DNA of 34,713 nucleotides from a virus (lineage: Duplodnaviria; Caudoviricetes), in the IMG/VR virus record IMGVR_UViG_3300017766_000331, positions 1-34,713 of that record; one strand, 5' to 3'. The notes under the pieces were generated by a model, which was not told where the DNA came from, ran no database searches, and worked only from the letters and a program-made list of their open reading frames with translations. Below, piece after piece: positions 7,911 to 16,843 of this stretch. Within the stretch, counting starts at the first letter, position 1. Every line of letters starts with the position of its first letter. The position numbers were made by a program, and so were the translations under genes.

Positions 7911-9915
7911 CGAGTCGCATGTTGTGTCGTTTGAATGTTCACACCGGAAGAACGAAGCTGACAAACTGTTTAGTTTTCTCGGGGAACTCAAGCGTAAGAA
8001 GCACAGGATGGTGGGATACAACAACATAGGCTTTGACTATCCTGTGCTGCACGATCTCATATCTGTGTCTGAGAAGGCACTCACTGTGTCGGGCAAGGCT
8101 GTGGCTACACGGGTGTACAAGAAGGCACAGAGCATCATCGGTAGTGATGATCGGTTTGGGCACATCATCCATGACAGGTCACAGTATGTGCAGCAGATTG
8201 ACCTGTACAAAATCATGCACTTCGATAACCCTGCACGAGCTACATCGTTGAAGGCACTTGAGTTCAACATGAAAGCTGACAGCATTGTTGACCTACCCTA
8301 CGATCCTCACTCTGACCTGACAGATGACCAGATAGATGTGTTGTTAAAATACAACATGCACGATGTGAAGATGACGTTGTTGTTCTACAAAGAATGCTTA
8401 GCCTCAATCAACTTCCGTGAAGAGTTGTCGGTTAAGTATGACCGGAACTTCCTCAACCACAACGATACGAAGATCGGTAAAGACTACTTCATCATGCGTC
8501 TTGAAGAAGACATGCCGGGTAGTTGCTATCGTATTGGTAAGAAGGGTGAACGTCATCTGAACCAGACCAAGCGCAGCGTCATCAACATCAAAGACTGCCT
8601 GTTCAACTACTACGACTTCAAGCGTCCTGAGTTTCAGCTTGTGTTGGATTGGTTTGCGTCACAGTCTTTGACAGAAACAAAGGGTGCGTTGTCTGACATT
8701 GAAGAGAGCGATCTCGGTGACTTAGCTGCCTATGCTGAGATGGTGACGAAGCGTCAGAAGTGGTTCAACAAACCAAGCGACGAGGTTGTTGCTGGCTTCA
8801 AAGCTTTGCATCCATTAGGGTGGGTGTCAGAGGAGGAGTTGAAGGCTAAGAAGAAGGGCGAGAAGCAGTACAGCTATTGGAAGAACTGGAGAGTTGCTAC
8901 CAACTTGAACGTTACAATCGGTGGCTTCCGTTTCGACTTTGGCACTGGTGGTATTCACGGATCTGTTGAGTCACAGATTGTTAGTGATGATGATGAGTAC
9001 ATGATTATTGATGCTGACGTTGCGTCCATGTATCCCAACATTGCCATTGCCAACCGTGTCTATCCTGAGCATTTGTCTGAGAAGTTCTGTGACATTTATC
9101 AGGACGTGTACGAACAGCGTAAAAGCTATGCCAAGAACACAGCAGAAAACGCCATGCTGAAGCTTGCGTTGAACGGTGTGTATGGGGATAGCAACAACAA
9201 GTACAGCCCCTTCTACGACCCGCAATACACGATGACGATCACCATCAATGGTCAGCTATCGTTGTGTCTGTTGGCTGATAAGCTGATGGACATTGAAGGC
9301 TTGTCCATTATTCAGGTCAACACTGACGGTATCACTGTGAAGCTGCCTCGTCGGAAGGTTACAGAATATGAAACCATTTGTGCAGTGTGGCAGAAACAAG
9401 TTGGTTTGCAGCTTGAGTATGCATACTATTCCAAGATGATTATACGTGACGTTAATAACTATATCGCAGTGTATACTGATGGTAAAGTAAAACGTAAGGG
9501 TGCTTATCAATACGAAGGACTTGGCTGGCATCAAGACCAAGGTGGTCTGGTCATACCAAAAGCTGCTGAAGCTGCGATGCTTCACGGTATCCCTGTTGAT
9601 GTATATATCAAGGGTCACAAGAACAAGTATGACTTCATGCTCAGGGTGAAGGTGCCTCGTAGCAGTAAGCTTGTGATGGTGATGGGTGGCTGCGTTGAAG
9701 TGCAACAACAAAACATGTGCAGGTTCTACGCTTGCACTGCTGGTGGAGAGTTGGTCAAGGTGATGCCACCACTCAAGGATGAGGCTGAACCAAGGCGCAT
9801 ATCGGTTGGTGAAGGCTACGGTATGTGGACATGTAATGACATCAATGACTTCACATGGAAAGACATTGACTACCAATACTACATTGACGCTGCTAAAAAG
9901 CTGGTGATACAATAG
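7846..9915 (+). CDS. Family B DNA polymerase with 3'-5' exonuclease
   Basis: Exo I WDIETY, Exo II GYNNIGFDYP, Exo III YNMHD; motif A DADVASMYP, motif B KLALNGVYG, motif C NTDG. AAGGA RBS before the ATG at 7846. Confidence 0.93.
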   Translation: MDYIWDIETYKTAFTFSAISADESHVVSFECSHRKNEADKLFSFLGELKRKKHRMVGYNNIGFDYPVLHDLISVSEKALTVSGKAVATRVYKKAQSIIGSDDRFGHIIHDRSQYVQQIDLYKIMHFDNPARATSLKALEFNMKADSIVDLPYDPHSDLTDDQIDVLLKYNMHDVKMTLLFYKECLASINFREELSVKYDRNFLNHNDTKIGKDYFIMRLEEDMPGSCYRIGKKGERHLNQTKRSVINIKDCLFNYYDFKRPEFQLVLDWFASQSLTETKGALSDIEESDLGDLAAYAEMVTKRQKWFNKPSDEVVAGFKALHPLGWVSEEELKAKKKGEKQYSYWKNWRVATNLNVTIGGFRFDFGTGGIHGSVESQIVSDDDEYMIIDADVASMYPNIAIANRVYPEHLSEKFCDIYQDVYEQRKSYAKNTAENAMLKLALNGVYGDSNNKYSPFYDPQYTMTITINGQLSLCLLADKLMDIEGLSIIQVNTDGITVKLPRRKVTEYETICAVWQKQVGLQLEYAYYSKMIIRDVNNYIAVYTDGKVKRKGAYQYEGLGWHQDQGGLVIPKAAEAAMLHGIPVDVYIKGHKNKYDFMLRVKVPRSSKLVMVMGGCVEVQQQNMCRFYACTAGGELVKVMPPLKDEAEPRRISVGEGYGMWTCNDINDFTWKDIDYQYYIDAAKKLVIQ

Positions 9916-9934
9916 GTCTAGCGACCTGAAGAAT

Positions 9935-9966
9935 ATAGGAAGCTGACCCCTATTGAATTGGTCAGC
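9935..9966 (+). promoter_or_regulatory. H-type RNA pseudoknot in the SSB leader (candidate autogenous translational operator)
   Basis: S1 ATAGG 9935-39/CCTAT 9949-53; S2 GCTGACC 9942-48/GGTCAGC 9960-66; loops AA and TGAATT. Confidence 0.65.
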
Positions 9967-9988
9967 ATTTAAATCAAAGGAAACTCAA

Positions 9989-10399
9989 ATGAGTGATAAG
10001 TTGAAACTGAAAGCCGATGTATATTGGGCTGCATTGAACCGTAAAAACGAAATGGCTGATGCATACACAGTTGATCTGTGTAACCTGTCCGACAAGGCAG
10101 TGGCTGCATTGGAAGACATGGGCATCTCTGTGCAAGAAAACCTTGAGAAGAAGCCTGAGCAGGGTAAGTACATCACCTGTAAGAGTCAGCGTCCCATCAA
10201 AGCTTTCGATACTGACAACGAAGAAATCGTTGAAGACGTTGGTAACGGCAGCAAGGCAATCTGCATGATTGGCAGCTACGCTTGGACATACAAGAACAAG
10301 AAAGGTGTTAGCCCTTCGTTGGCTAAGTTGGTCATCACTGACTTGGTTGAGTACGTAGGCGGTGGCAACATCTCTGCTGACGACGAAGACGTGCTGTAA
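9989..10399 (+). CDS. Single-stranded DNA-binding protein (T7 gp2.5-like)
   Basis: VGNGS motif, acidic C-terminal tail (ADDEDVL), position between polymerase and exonuclease, AAAGGA RBS. Confidence 0.8.
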   Translation: MSDKLKLKADVYWAALNRKNEMADAYTVDLCNLSDKAVAALEDMGISVQENLEKKPEQGKYITCKSQRPIKAFDTDNEEIVEDVGNGSKAICMIGSYAWTYKNKKGVSPSLAKLVITDLVEYVGGGNISADDEDVL

Positions 10400-11101
10400 A
10401 TGATAGCGTTGCTGGACAGCGATATATATGCGTATCGCGCAGCAGCCGCATGTGAGAACGAGGATGAGCTACAGGCTGTCAGGTCTGTAGACTCTCTCAT
10501 CATCAACACTCTCATGTGTGGTGTAGACAAGTGTGGTTATGTTGATTCATGGAAGCTCTTCCTCACAGGCAAGGGCAACTTCAGAAACGACATAGCTGTC
10601 ACAGCCCCCTACAAAGGCAACAGAGCAGACAAGGTGAAGCCTAAGCATTTGGCAGCACTGCGTAAACATCTGATACAAGAGTGGAAGGCTGACATGTCTG
10701 ACGGTCAAGAAGCCGATGACTCCATTGCCATTGAAGCTACAAAGCTTGGTGACGATGGAGTCATTGTTTCATTGGACAAAGACTTGGATCAAGTGGCAGG
10801 ATGGCACTACAACTTCGTCAAGAGAGAAGCCTACTACATCACTGAGAATGTAGGACTTCTGAGGTTGTACATGCAAATCTTGACAGGCGATGCTGCTGAT
10901 AACATCATAGGTATTCGGGGCGTTGGCAACATCAAAGCTAAGAAGATGTTGGAAGAGGCAACGAATGAGGCAGAGTTGTTTCAACGCTGTGTTGAAGCCT
11001 ATGATGGTAATGAAGATAGGGTTGTTGAGAACGCCCATCTACTTTTCTTACGTAGACATGAAGGACAAACATGGATTCCCCCCTCAAAAAGAATGACGTA
11101 G
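10400..11101 (+). CDS. 5'-3' exonuclease / flap nuclease (T7 gp6-like)
   Basis: LLDSD, NFR...YKGNR, EADD, DKDL and TGDAADNIIGIRGVG (H3TH). Confidence 0.92.
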   Translation: MIALLDSDIYAYRAAAACENEDELQAVRSVDSLIINTLMCGVDKCGYVDSWKLFLTGKGNFRNDIAVTAPYKGNRADKVKPKHLAALRKHLIQEWKADMSDGQEADDSIAIEATKLGDDGVIVSLDKDLDQVAGWHYNFVKREAYYITENVGLLRLYMQILTGDAADNIIGIRGVGNIKAKKMLEEATNEAELFQRCVEAYDGNEDRVVENAHLLFLRRHEGQTWIPPSKRMT

Positions 11102-11385
11102 CTTTAGTGCTACGACCCATCATTACTGATGGTGTTGAATGGGATGGTAGCTTTCAATTGATGGTGACAATGGCTGGTCCTGTAGACCTTGACGAAGAAC
11201 ACATGAAGAGTCTGCTCACCGTTGCCAGCTACCTTGCTGCTGCTGTTCCCTTGATGGAAGAGAGCGCCAAGTTCACTGAGCTACTTAGAGACAGAGCAGA
11301 AAAACTTGTGGGACAGGTATTGATCGGTGATGGTATGTCTCCCTTGCTCACCAAGAACACCAAGTGTGAGGGAGGTGTGCAATGA
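11071..11385 (+). CDS. Hypothetical protein
   Basis: AAGGA RBS; 104-aa ORF in the operon. Confidence 0.75.
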   Translation: MDSPLKKNDVALVLRPIITDGVEWDGSFQLMVTMAGPVDLDEEHMKSLLTVASYLAAAVPLMEESAKFTELLRDRAEKLVGQVLIGDGMSPLLTKNTKCEGGVQ

Positions 11386-11816
11386 AGAACACATGTGATA
11401 GTTGTATCTACCGTGACGTTGACGGCGATAAATCACCATGCGATACTTGCTGCGCTCCTAAAAGCAACTGGACTGCTAGACCAGACTATGTAGCGTTTAC
11501 TAAGACCACTGCTGGTGTCAAATACGACAACGGTAAACCGCAATGGTCTTTACTACCCTTCAGGGCACTGACACAGGTTGTTGAAGTGCTTACCTACGGT
11601 GCGAAGAAGTATGCCCCTGATAATTGGAAGAAGGTGCCTGATGCTCGTCGTCGATACATTGATGCAGGCTTTCGTCATCTCACTGCCTACACCACTGGTG
11701 AAACAAACGATCCAGAAACGGGTAAGCATCACCTTGCCCATGCCATTTGTTGTATGCTCTACCTTGTAGCATTTGATTTAGGAGAACACAATGACAAAAG
11801 TAACCGTGACATTTGA
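11382..11816 (+). CDS. dATP/dGTP diphosphohydrolase domain protein (DUF5664-like) with Cys-rich N-terminus
   Basis: GVKYDNGKPQWSLLP...VLTYGAKKYAPDNW...DPETGKHHLAHAICC. Confidence 0.85.
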   Translation: MKNTCDSCIYRDVDGDKSPCDTCCAPKSNWTARPDYVAFTKTTAGVKYDNGKPQWSLLPFRALTQVVEVLTYGAKKYAPDNWKKVPDARRRYIDAGFRHLTAYTTGETNDPETGKHHLAHAICCMLYLVAFDLGEHNDKSNRDI

Positions 11817-11964
11817 AGCTGAAATTGATGTTGACGATTTGGGTGCTGAGTATTCCAACGAAGACTACCTAGTTGACACTGTCAAAGAACATATCATCTA
11901 TGCCATGAGTAGGCTTGATGCTGACATTACATTTAACAAGGTTGATGTGGAAGGACTGCAATGA
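11791..11964 (+). CDS. Small acidic hypothetical protein, 57 aa
   Basis: Not in the ORF track. AGGAG RBS, MTKVTVTFEAEIDVDD..., ATGA overlap with the next gene. Confidence 0.65.
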   Translation: MTKVTVTFEAEIDVDDLGAEYSNEDYLVDTVKEHIIYAMSRLDADITFNKVDVEGLQ

Positions 11965-12152
11965 AACTAACAATCACTGATGCTGAGAACGGCTTTGTTG
12001 TAGCGGTGGAAGAGAACGAAGACAGCACCTTCTACTTCGTTGCGTTGGATGTTGATGATGTATGCGGCATTGTGCAGAACATCTTAATTGATCCTGCTAA
12101 TATGTTGGACATGACCAACATTGCCTTTGAAGCTGTACCAAGTGACAGATAA
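11961..12152 (+). CDS. Hypothetical protein
   Basis: AAGGA RBS and ATGA coupling. Confidence 0.7.
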   Translation: MKLTITDAENGFVVAVEENEDSTFYFVALDVDDVCGIVQNILIDPANMLDMTNIAFEAVPSDR

Positions 12153-12597
12153 GAAACGCAATGGTGGTGAGTGGACAGAGGCACGATTCAAATCTTTCGT
12201 GACCTCTGCCCTACGTGCGGCATCACGACGATGGCCTCCGAAGTACAAAGCTTTGAAGGAAGCCTTTGTTGGTAGGAAGGTTAATGCAAAGACTGGTAAG
12301 ATGGCAATGCATTACAACTGTGCTGTTTGTCAGAAACTCTATGTTGCTTCTGACGTGCAGGTTGATCACATCAAACCGGTGGTAGATCCTAAGAAGGGGT
12401 TTATCAGTTGGGATGATTTCATCAACCGCATCTTCTGTGAGATAGAGAATCTGCAAGTCATGTGTCGCAGTTGCCACAGTGTGAAAACACAGGCTGAGAA
12501 AAAGGAGAGAACAATTGCTAAGATGCACAAAGTGTCAGATGGAGAAGCAGCCGGAGCAGATGTCAAAAGACGCAAGAAGGCAGCAGGGTCTAAGTAG
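12142..12597 (+). CDS. HNH endonuclease
   Basis: CAVC...VDHIKP...NLQVMCRSCHSVKT. The start is uncertain; GTG at 12142 is assumed. Confidence 0.85.
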   Translation: MTDKKRNGGEWTEARFKSFVTSALRAASRRWPPKYKALKEAFVGRKVNAKTGKMAMHYNCAVCQKLYVASDVQVDHIKPVVDPKKGFISWDDFINRIFCEIENLQVMCRSCHSVKTQAEKKERTIAKMHKVSDGEAAGADVKRRKKAAGSK

Positions 12598-12964
12598 CTG
12601 GTGCAAAGACTGTCGTAAACAGTCATCACGAGGTTGGTCAAAAGCCAACCCTGAAAAAGTTAAAGAGACTAAACGGAATGCTCGAAAGAAAGAAGGGTAT
12701 CAATCTTTATCTAGAGGCTACATCCTGAATCATAGATACGGGATTACTCTGGATGGTTACGATACTTTACTTGAAGAACAAGACGGGTGCTGTGCTGTGT
12801 GTAATGTTAAGCAGTCTGATAAATCCTATCACTTCCATGTGGATCATTGCCACACTACAGGGGTGGTGCGAGGTCTTCTTTGTTCACCATGTAATGTGTT
12901 TCTTGGTGTCATTAAAGACGACACTGATGCTCTTAAAAGGGCAATAAATTATCTTGAAAGGTAA
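12515..12964 (+). CDS. Endonuclease VII-like (His-Me finger) putative homing endonuclease
   Basis: YGIT..Y..LLEEQ.G.CAVC, HVDHCHTTG.VRGLLCSPCN..LG; N-terminal CTKC..WCKDC; AGGAG before the TTG at 12515. Confidence 0.88.
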   Translation: MLRCTKCQMEKQPEQMSKDARRQQGLSSWCKDCRKQSSRGWSKANPEKVKETKRNARKKEGYQSLSRGYILNHRYGITLDGYDTLLEEQDGCCAVCNVKQSDKSYHFHVDHCHTTGVVRGLLCSPCNVFLGVIKDDTDALKRAINYLER

Positions 12965-12969
12965 AAGAA

Positions 12970-13173
12970 ATGACAATTCAAATCACTATTGAATGTGAAA
13001 ACAACGATGAAGCCATGATGTATCTCAGCGCTGTTTCATACCACAATCTAATCAGTGACTTCTGCAATCAAGTACGACTTGCAAAAAAACATGACGGCGA
13101 TGTGTTAAAAGTTTTTGACACTTTCGAGTCTGATTTTTACAATGCAGTTGAACATCACACTGGACCATATTAA
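12970..13173 (+). CDS. Hypothetical protein
   Basis: AAAGGT RBS; 67 aa. Confidence 0.7.
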   Translation: MTIQITIECENNDEAMMYLSAVSYHNLISDFCNQVRLAKKHDGDVLKVFDTFESDFYNAVEHHTGPY

Positions 13174-13182
13174 GGAACTCAA

Positions 13183-13353
13183 ATGAATATCACAATTGAA
13201 TGCATCAAAGAAAACGAAGACGGCTCGGCAGATTGCACTGTCAATCTTGATGATGAAGCCAAAGACTTTCTAATTCGATACGCCCTTGTTGCCTGTCTCA
13301 CTGAAGCAATTGAGAAGGGCAAGTCGTTCACACCAATCGAAGGAGAACAATGA
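13183..13353 (+). CDS. Small hypothetical protein, 56 aa
   Basis: Not in the ORF track. TAAGGA RBS; MNITIECIKENEDGSADC... Confidence 0.65.
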   Translation: MNITIECIKENEDGSADCTVNLDDEAKDFLIRYALVACLTEAIEKGKSFTPIEGEQ

Positions 13354-13520
13354 TGTTGTTATCTTTAATGACTGTGCTGTTTGTTGGTTTAAAACTGACA
13401 GGCTTCATCGACTGGAGTTGGTGGCTTGTTGTAGCTCCAACAATTGTACATGCTTCAGTTCTTATTTTGTTCGTAGTTGCAGCAGCAACGTTTGGTATAA
13501 AGGTAAGGACGATTAAATGA
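13350..13520 (+). CDS. Small membrane protein with LKLTG.IDWSWW motif, 56 aa
   Basis: Not in the ORF track. AAGGAG RBS, two hydrophobic helices, ATGA overlaps at both ends. Confidence 0.7.
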   Translation: MMLLSLMTVLFVGLKLTGFIDWSWWLVVAPTIVHASVLILFVVAAATFGIKVRTIK

Positions 13521-13831
13521 ACATTGATACATATCAAACAGAAGCTATGAAGCTTCGACTGCCTACAGCAGACCGTGAGTATGCTCTATTGAACTTGGTA
13601 GCTGAAGCTGGTGAAGTGGCAGGTAAGGCTGCTAAGCTGCGCCGAGATGGGGGCGATATTGAAGAATACAATATGCACATCAAGAAAGAACTTGGTGATG
13701 TGATGTGGCAGGTTGCTGCTGTTGCCAAGGACCACGGATTCACCATGTCCGAAATATGTATTCACAATTTGCAAAAACTGTGGGGCAGAAAAGACAATGG
13801 TACTTTACAGGGCAGTGGTGATCTTCGTTAA
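13517..13831 (+). CDS. MazG-like nucleotide pyrophosphohydrolase
   Basis: EAGEV...KELGDVMW...NLQKL..R...GTLQGSGD.R. Confidence 0.9.
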   Translation: MNIDTYQTEAMKLRLPTADREYALLNLVAEAGEVAGKAAKLRRDGGDIEEYNMHIKKELGDVMWQVAAVAKDHGFTMSEICIHNLQKLWGRKDNGTLQGSGDLR

Positions 13832-13860
13832 GTGTTATAACTTCTACCCCTCCCTCACAT

Positions 13861-13890
13861 AAGCAGCTTCGGCTGCTTTCTTTTCCTCTT
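13861..13890 (+). terminator. Intrinsic terminator-like hairpin (cUUCGg tetraloop)
   Basis: AAGCAGC-TTCG-GCTGCTT followed by tcttttcctctt. Confidence 0.6.
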
Positions 13891-13909
13891 AACACAAAGG
13901 TATTACCCC

Positions 13910-15688
13910 ATGACATTCAAGGTTGAAGTTGACCTGTCCCGTGACGCATTGTTCGATGAACTTGGACTACAGCGTCTTAAAGAAAGCTACATGAAAGATG
14001 ATGAACACTCTCCTCAAGAACGATTCGCATTCGTATCTGCATCGTTTGCAAGCAATCAAGAACATGCTCAGCGACTGTATGACTACTCTAGTAAACATTG
14101 GCTCAGCTATTCTACTCCTATCTTATCTTTTGGCCGTTCTAAGCGCGGGTTGCCTATTAGCTGTTTTCTTAATTATATGGATGATAGTGCAGAAGGTTTG
14201 GTCGATAATCTTTCGGAGACAAACTGGCTCTCTATGATGGGTGGTGGTGTTGGTGTTCACGTTGGTATCCGCAACAGCGACGACAAGTCCACTGGTGTTA
14301 TGCCTCACTTGAAAATCTATGACGCTAGTTCGTTAGCCTACCGCCAAGGGCGCACACGCCGTGGAAGCTATGCTGCCTACCTTAGCATCAACCATCCTGA
14401 CATCATTCAGTTTCTGGAGATGCGCAAACCTACTGGTGATCAGAACGTTCGCACCTTGAACATGCATCACGGCATCAACATATCTGACGAGTTCATGAAC
14501 ATCATTGAGCGCTGCATGAAAGATGATGACGCTGACGACAGTTTCAACCTGATTAACCCCGCCAATGGTGAAGTGGTTGAGACAGTGTCAGCCAAGTATC
14601 TGTGGCAAAAGATTCTTGAGTTGCGTATGCAGACAGGTGAACCCTACCTCATCTTCATTGACACAGCCAACAAAGCTATGCCATCATGGTTGAAAGACAA
14701 AGGCTTCACCATCAACGGCAGCAATCTCTGCACTGAAATATTCTTGCCAACAAACGAGAAACGTACAGCCGTGTGCTGCTTGTCTTCATTGAATCTGGAA
14801 TACTATGACGAATGGAAAAAGGACAAACAGTTTATCCTTGATGTTATGGAGATGCTGGACAACGTGCTGCAATACTTTATTGACAATGCACCAGATACTA
14901 TTGCCCGTGCTCGTGCCAGCGCTATGATGGAGCGTAGCATTGGTATTGGTACACTAGGCTTCCATGCTTTCTTGCAGAAGAAGGGCGTTGCCATTGATGG
15001 TGTATTAGCCAAGAGTTACAACAATGAAATCTTCAAACACATTCACAACCAATGCACGATTGGTGATGCTATTTTGGTTACATCACGTGGTGAGTGCCCT
15101 GATGCACATCTCAGTGGTATTCGTCGTCGCTTCAGTCATTGGACTGCTATTGCACCTAACGCAAGCAGCAGCCTAATCATGGGCAACACAAGCCCTTCTG
15201 TTGAACCCTACCGTGCCAACGTGTTCCGTCAGGATACATTGTCTGGTGCATTCGTATACAAGAACCGCTTCCTCAAAGCTGAGCTTGCTAAGATTGGTAT
15301 GGATGACGACGACACATGGGCATCCATCATTGCCAACGATGGTTCTGTACAGCACTTGAACATCCCTGATCAACTCAAGGAAGTGTACAAGACAGCAATG
15401 GAGATTGATCAGCGCTGGTTGATTGAGCTTGCATCAGATCGTCAGAGGTACATTGATCAGGGACAGAGTGTGAATCTGTTCTTCCCTGCTAACGTGTCTG
15501 TGAAGTATCTGCACAGCGTTCACTTCCTTGCATGGAAGAGTGGACTCAAGAGCCTGTACTATCTTCGTAGTGAGAAAGTGAAGAAGGCAGATAAGGTTGG
15601 TGCGCAGATTAAACGTCAGCGTATCGAAGACGAAATTGATTTGAAACAAATTGCAGATGGTGACACCTGCTTAGCTTGCGAAGGATGA
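13910..15688 (+). CDS. nrdA: Ribonucleotide reductase class I alpha subunit (short, no ATP cone evident)
   Basis: PISCF, NLCTEI, AVCCLSSLNL, AIAPNASSS, DQGQSVN, KSLYY and C-terminal CLAC. Confidence 0.96.
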   Translation: MTFKVEVDLSRDALFDELGLQRLKESYMKDDEHSPQERFAFVSASFASNQEHAQRLYDYSSKHWLSYSTPILSFGRSKRGLPISCFLNYMDDSAEGLVDNLSETNWLSMMGGGVGVHVGIRNSDDKSTGVMPHLKIYDASSLAYRQGRTRRGSYAAYLSINHPDIIQFLEMRKPTGDQNVRTLNMHHGINISDEFMNIIERCMKDDDADDSFNLINPANGEVVETVSAKYLWQKILELRMQTGEPYLIFIDTANKAMPSWLKDKGFTINGSNLCTEIFLPTNEKRTAVCCLSSLNLEYYDEWKKDKQFILDVMEMLDNVLQYFIDNAPDTIARARASAMMERSIGIGTLGFHAFLQKKGVAIDGVLAKSYNNEIFKHIHNQCTIGDAILVTSRGECPDAHLSGIRRRFSHWTAIAPNASSSLIMGNTSPSVEPYRANVFRQDTLSGAFVYKNRFLKAELAKIGMDDDDTWASIIANDGSVQHLNIPDQLKEVYKTAMEIDQRWLIELASDRQRYIDQGQSVNLFFPANVSVKYLHSVHFLAWKSGLKSLYYLRSEKVKKADKVGAQIKRQRIEDEIDLKQIADGDTCLACEG

Positions 15689-15690
15689 AT

Positions 15691-16650
15691 ATGACAAAAA
15701 CTAAAGCCGACATTACACAAGAACGCACCATCTTCAAACCGTTCAAGTTTCCTTGGGCTTATGACGCATGGCTGCAACACGAACAGTCTCATTGGCTGCA
15801 CACTGAAGTGCCTATGTCAGAGGACGTTAAAGACTACAAGAAACTGAACAAGGATGAACAGGAGTTTCTGACAAAGATCTTGCGCTTCTTTGTACAAGGT
15901 GACTTGGACATTGGCAGTGGCTACCATGACCATTACATTCCTTTGTTCCGTCAACCGGAAGTGCGAATGATGATGAGTGGGTTTGCTGCCCGTGAAGCTT
16001 TGCACGTTGCAGCCTATGCTCACTTGATTGAAACATTGGGGTTGCCCGAGTCAACCTACAATGAGTTCTTGCAATATGCTGAGATGCTTGAGAAGCATGA
16101 CTACCTGCAACGACTCAACACAGCACCAGTGGCTGAGAAGATTGCTGTCATCTCTGCCTTCGGTGAAGGTATGCAATTGTTCTCCAGCTTTGTTATGTTG
16201 CTCAACTTCGCACGTAACGGTAAGCTGAAGGGGCTTGGTCAAATCATTAGCTGGTCCATCCTTGACGAGACTATGCACGCTGAAGGAATGATAAAGGTCT
16301 ATCGTGAATATGTTAAACACCATCAAGATGAAACAACACCTGAACAGATTAAAGAGATTGCTAAGGAGATGGTTGCTCTTGAGGACCAGTTCATTGATCT
16401 TGCTTTTGGTATGGTGGAAGTTGAGAAACTTACCAAAGAAGAAGTGAAAGAGTACATCCGTTACATTGCAGATCGTCGCCTCATCTCTATGGGTATGAAG
16501 GGCATCTACAAGATTAAGAAGAATCCTTTACCGTGGGTCGATGGGATGCTCGGTACATCACACACCAACTTCTTTGAGCAGAAGGTTACAGACTACAGCA
16601 AGGGTGCTCAGACTGGTACATGGGACGATGTGTGGGGTAAGGCAGCATGA
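15691..16650 (+). CDS. nrdB: Ribonucleotide reductase class Ia beta subunit
   Basis: EALH..AY (radical Tyr retained), EGMQLFSSF, DETMH and NFFE..VTDY. The start is 15685 or 15691. Confidence 0.95.
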   Translation: MTKTKADITQERTIFKPFKFPWAYDAWLQHEQSHWLHTEVPMSEDVKDYKKLNKDEQEFLTKILRFFVQGDLDIGSGYHDHYIPLFRQPEVRMMMSGFAAREALHVAAYAHLIETLGLPESTYNEFLQYAEMLEKHDYLQRLNTAPVAEKIAVISAFGEGMQLFSSFVMLLNFARNGKLKGLGQIISWSILDETMHAEGMIKVYREYVKHHQDETTPEQIKEIAKEMVALEDQFIDLAFGMVEVEKLTKEEVKEYIRYIADRRLISMGMKGIYKIKKNPLPWVDGMLGTSHTNFFEQKVTDYSKGAQTGTWDDVWGKAA

Positions 16651-16829
16651 GACACTTCATTGTAAGCTATAATAGCCAAAACAATATGTTTAAGGGTGTA
16701 ATGCACGTCGAAGCAATGACCATCTCTGAAGCACAAGATAAGTTTCTGAACTGGCTCATCAAACAACAAAGCTATGCACATCTTTATCAACTCTCGTTTG
16801 AGTTTGTAGAGATCGGCGCTAGTCTGTAA
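16647..16829 (+). CDS. Hypothetical protein
   Basis: TAAGG RBS and ATGA coupling. Confidence 0.65.
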   Translation: MRHFIVSYNSQNNMFKGVMHVEAMTISEAQDKFLNWLIKQQSYAHLYQLSFEFVEIGASL

Positions 16830-16843
16830 TTTAAAAGGATAGT

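Noticed and set aside
9256-9912. 218-aa - strand ORF and other long antisense ORFs (e.g. 127-636, 25945-26610)
   Set aside because: They lie entirely opposite well-supported genes, have no recognisable motifs, and are explained by codon bias.
7846-13831. 2-aminoadenine (Z) or 7-deazaguanine genome modification system
   Set aside because: No PurZ, DatZ, FolE/QueC/QueD/QueE or DpdA-like gene is recognisable in the window; pyrophosphatases alone are insufficient evidence.
13829-13845. NrdR box or sigma70 promoter upstream of nrdA (gtgTTATAAC; similar gtgATATACC at about 17834)
   Set aside because: It does not match a tandem NrdR box, and only an extended -10-like hexamer is present without a convincing -35. 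Too weak to call.
13910-16650. Introns or inteins in nrdA/nrdB (also checked polymerase and helicase)
   Set aside because: The ORFs are continuous, of normal or short length, and show no intein C/S...HN-C/S/T signatures.
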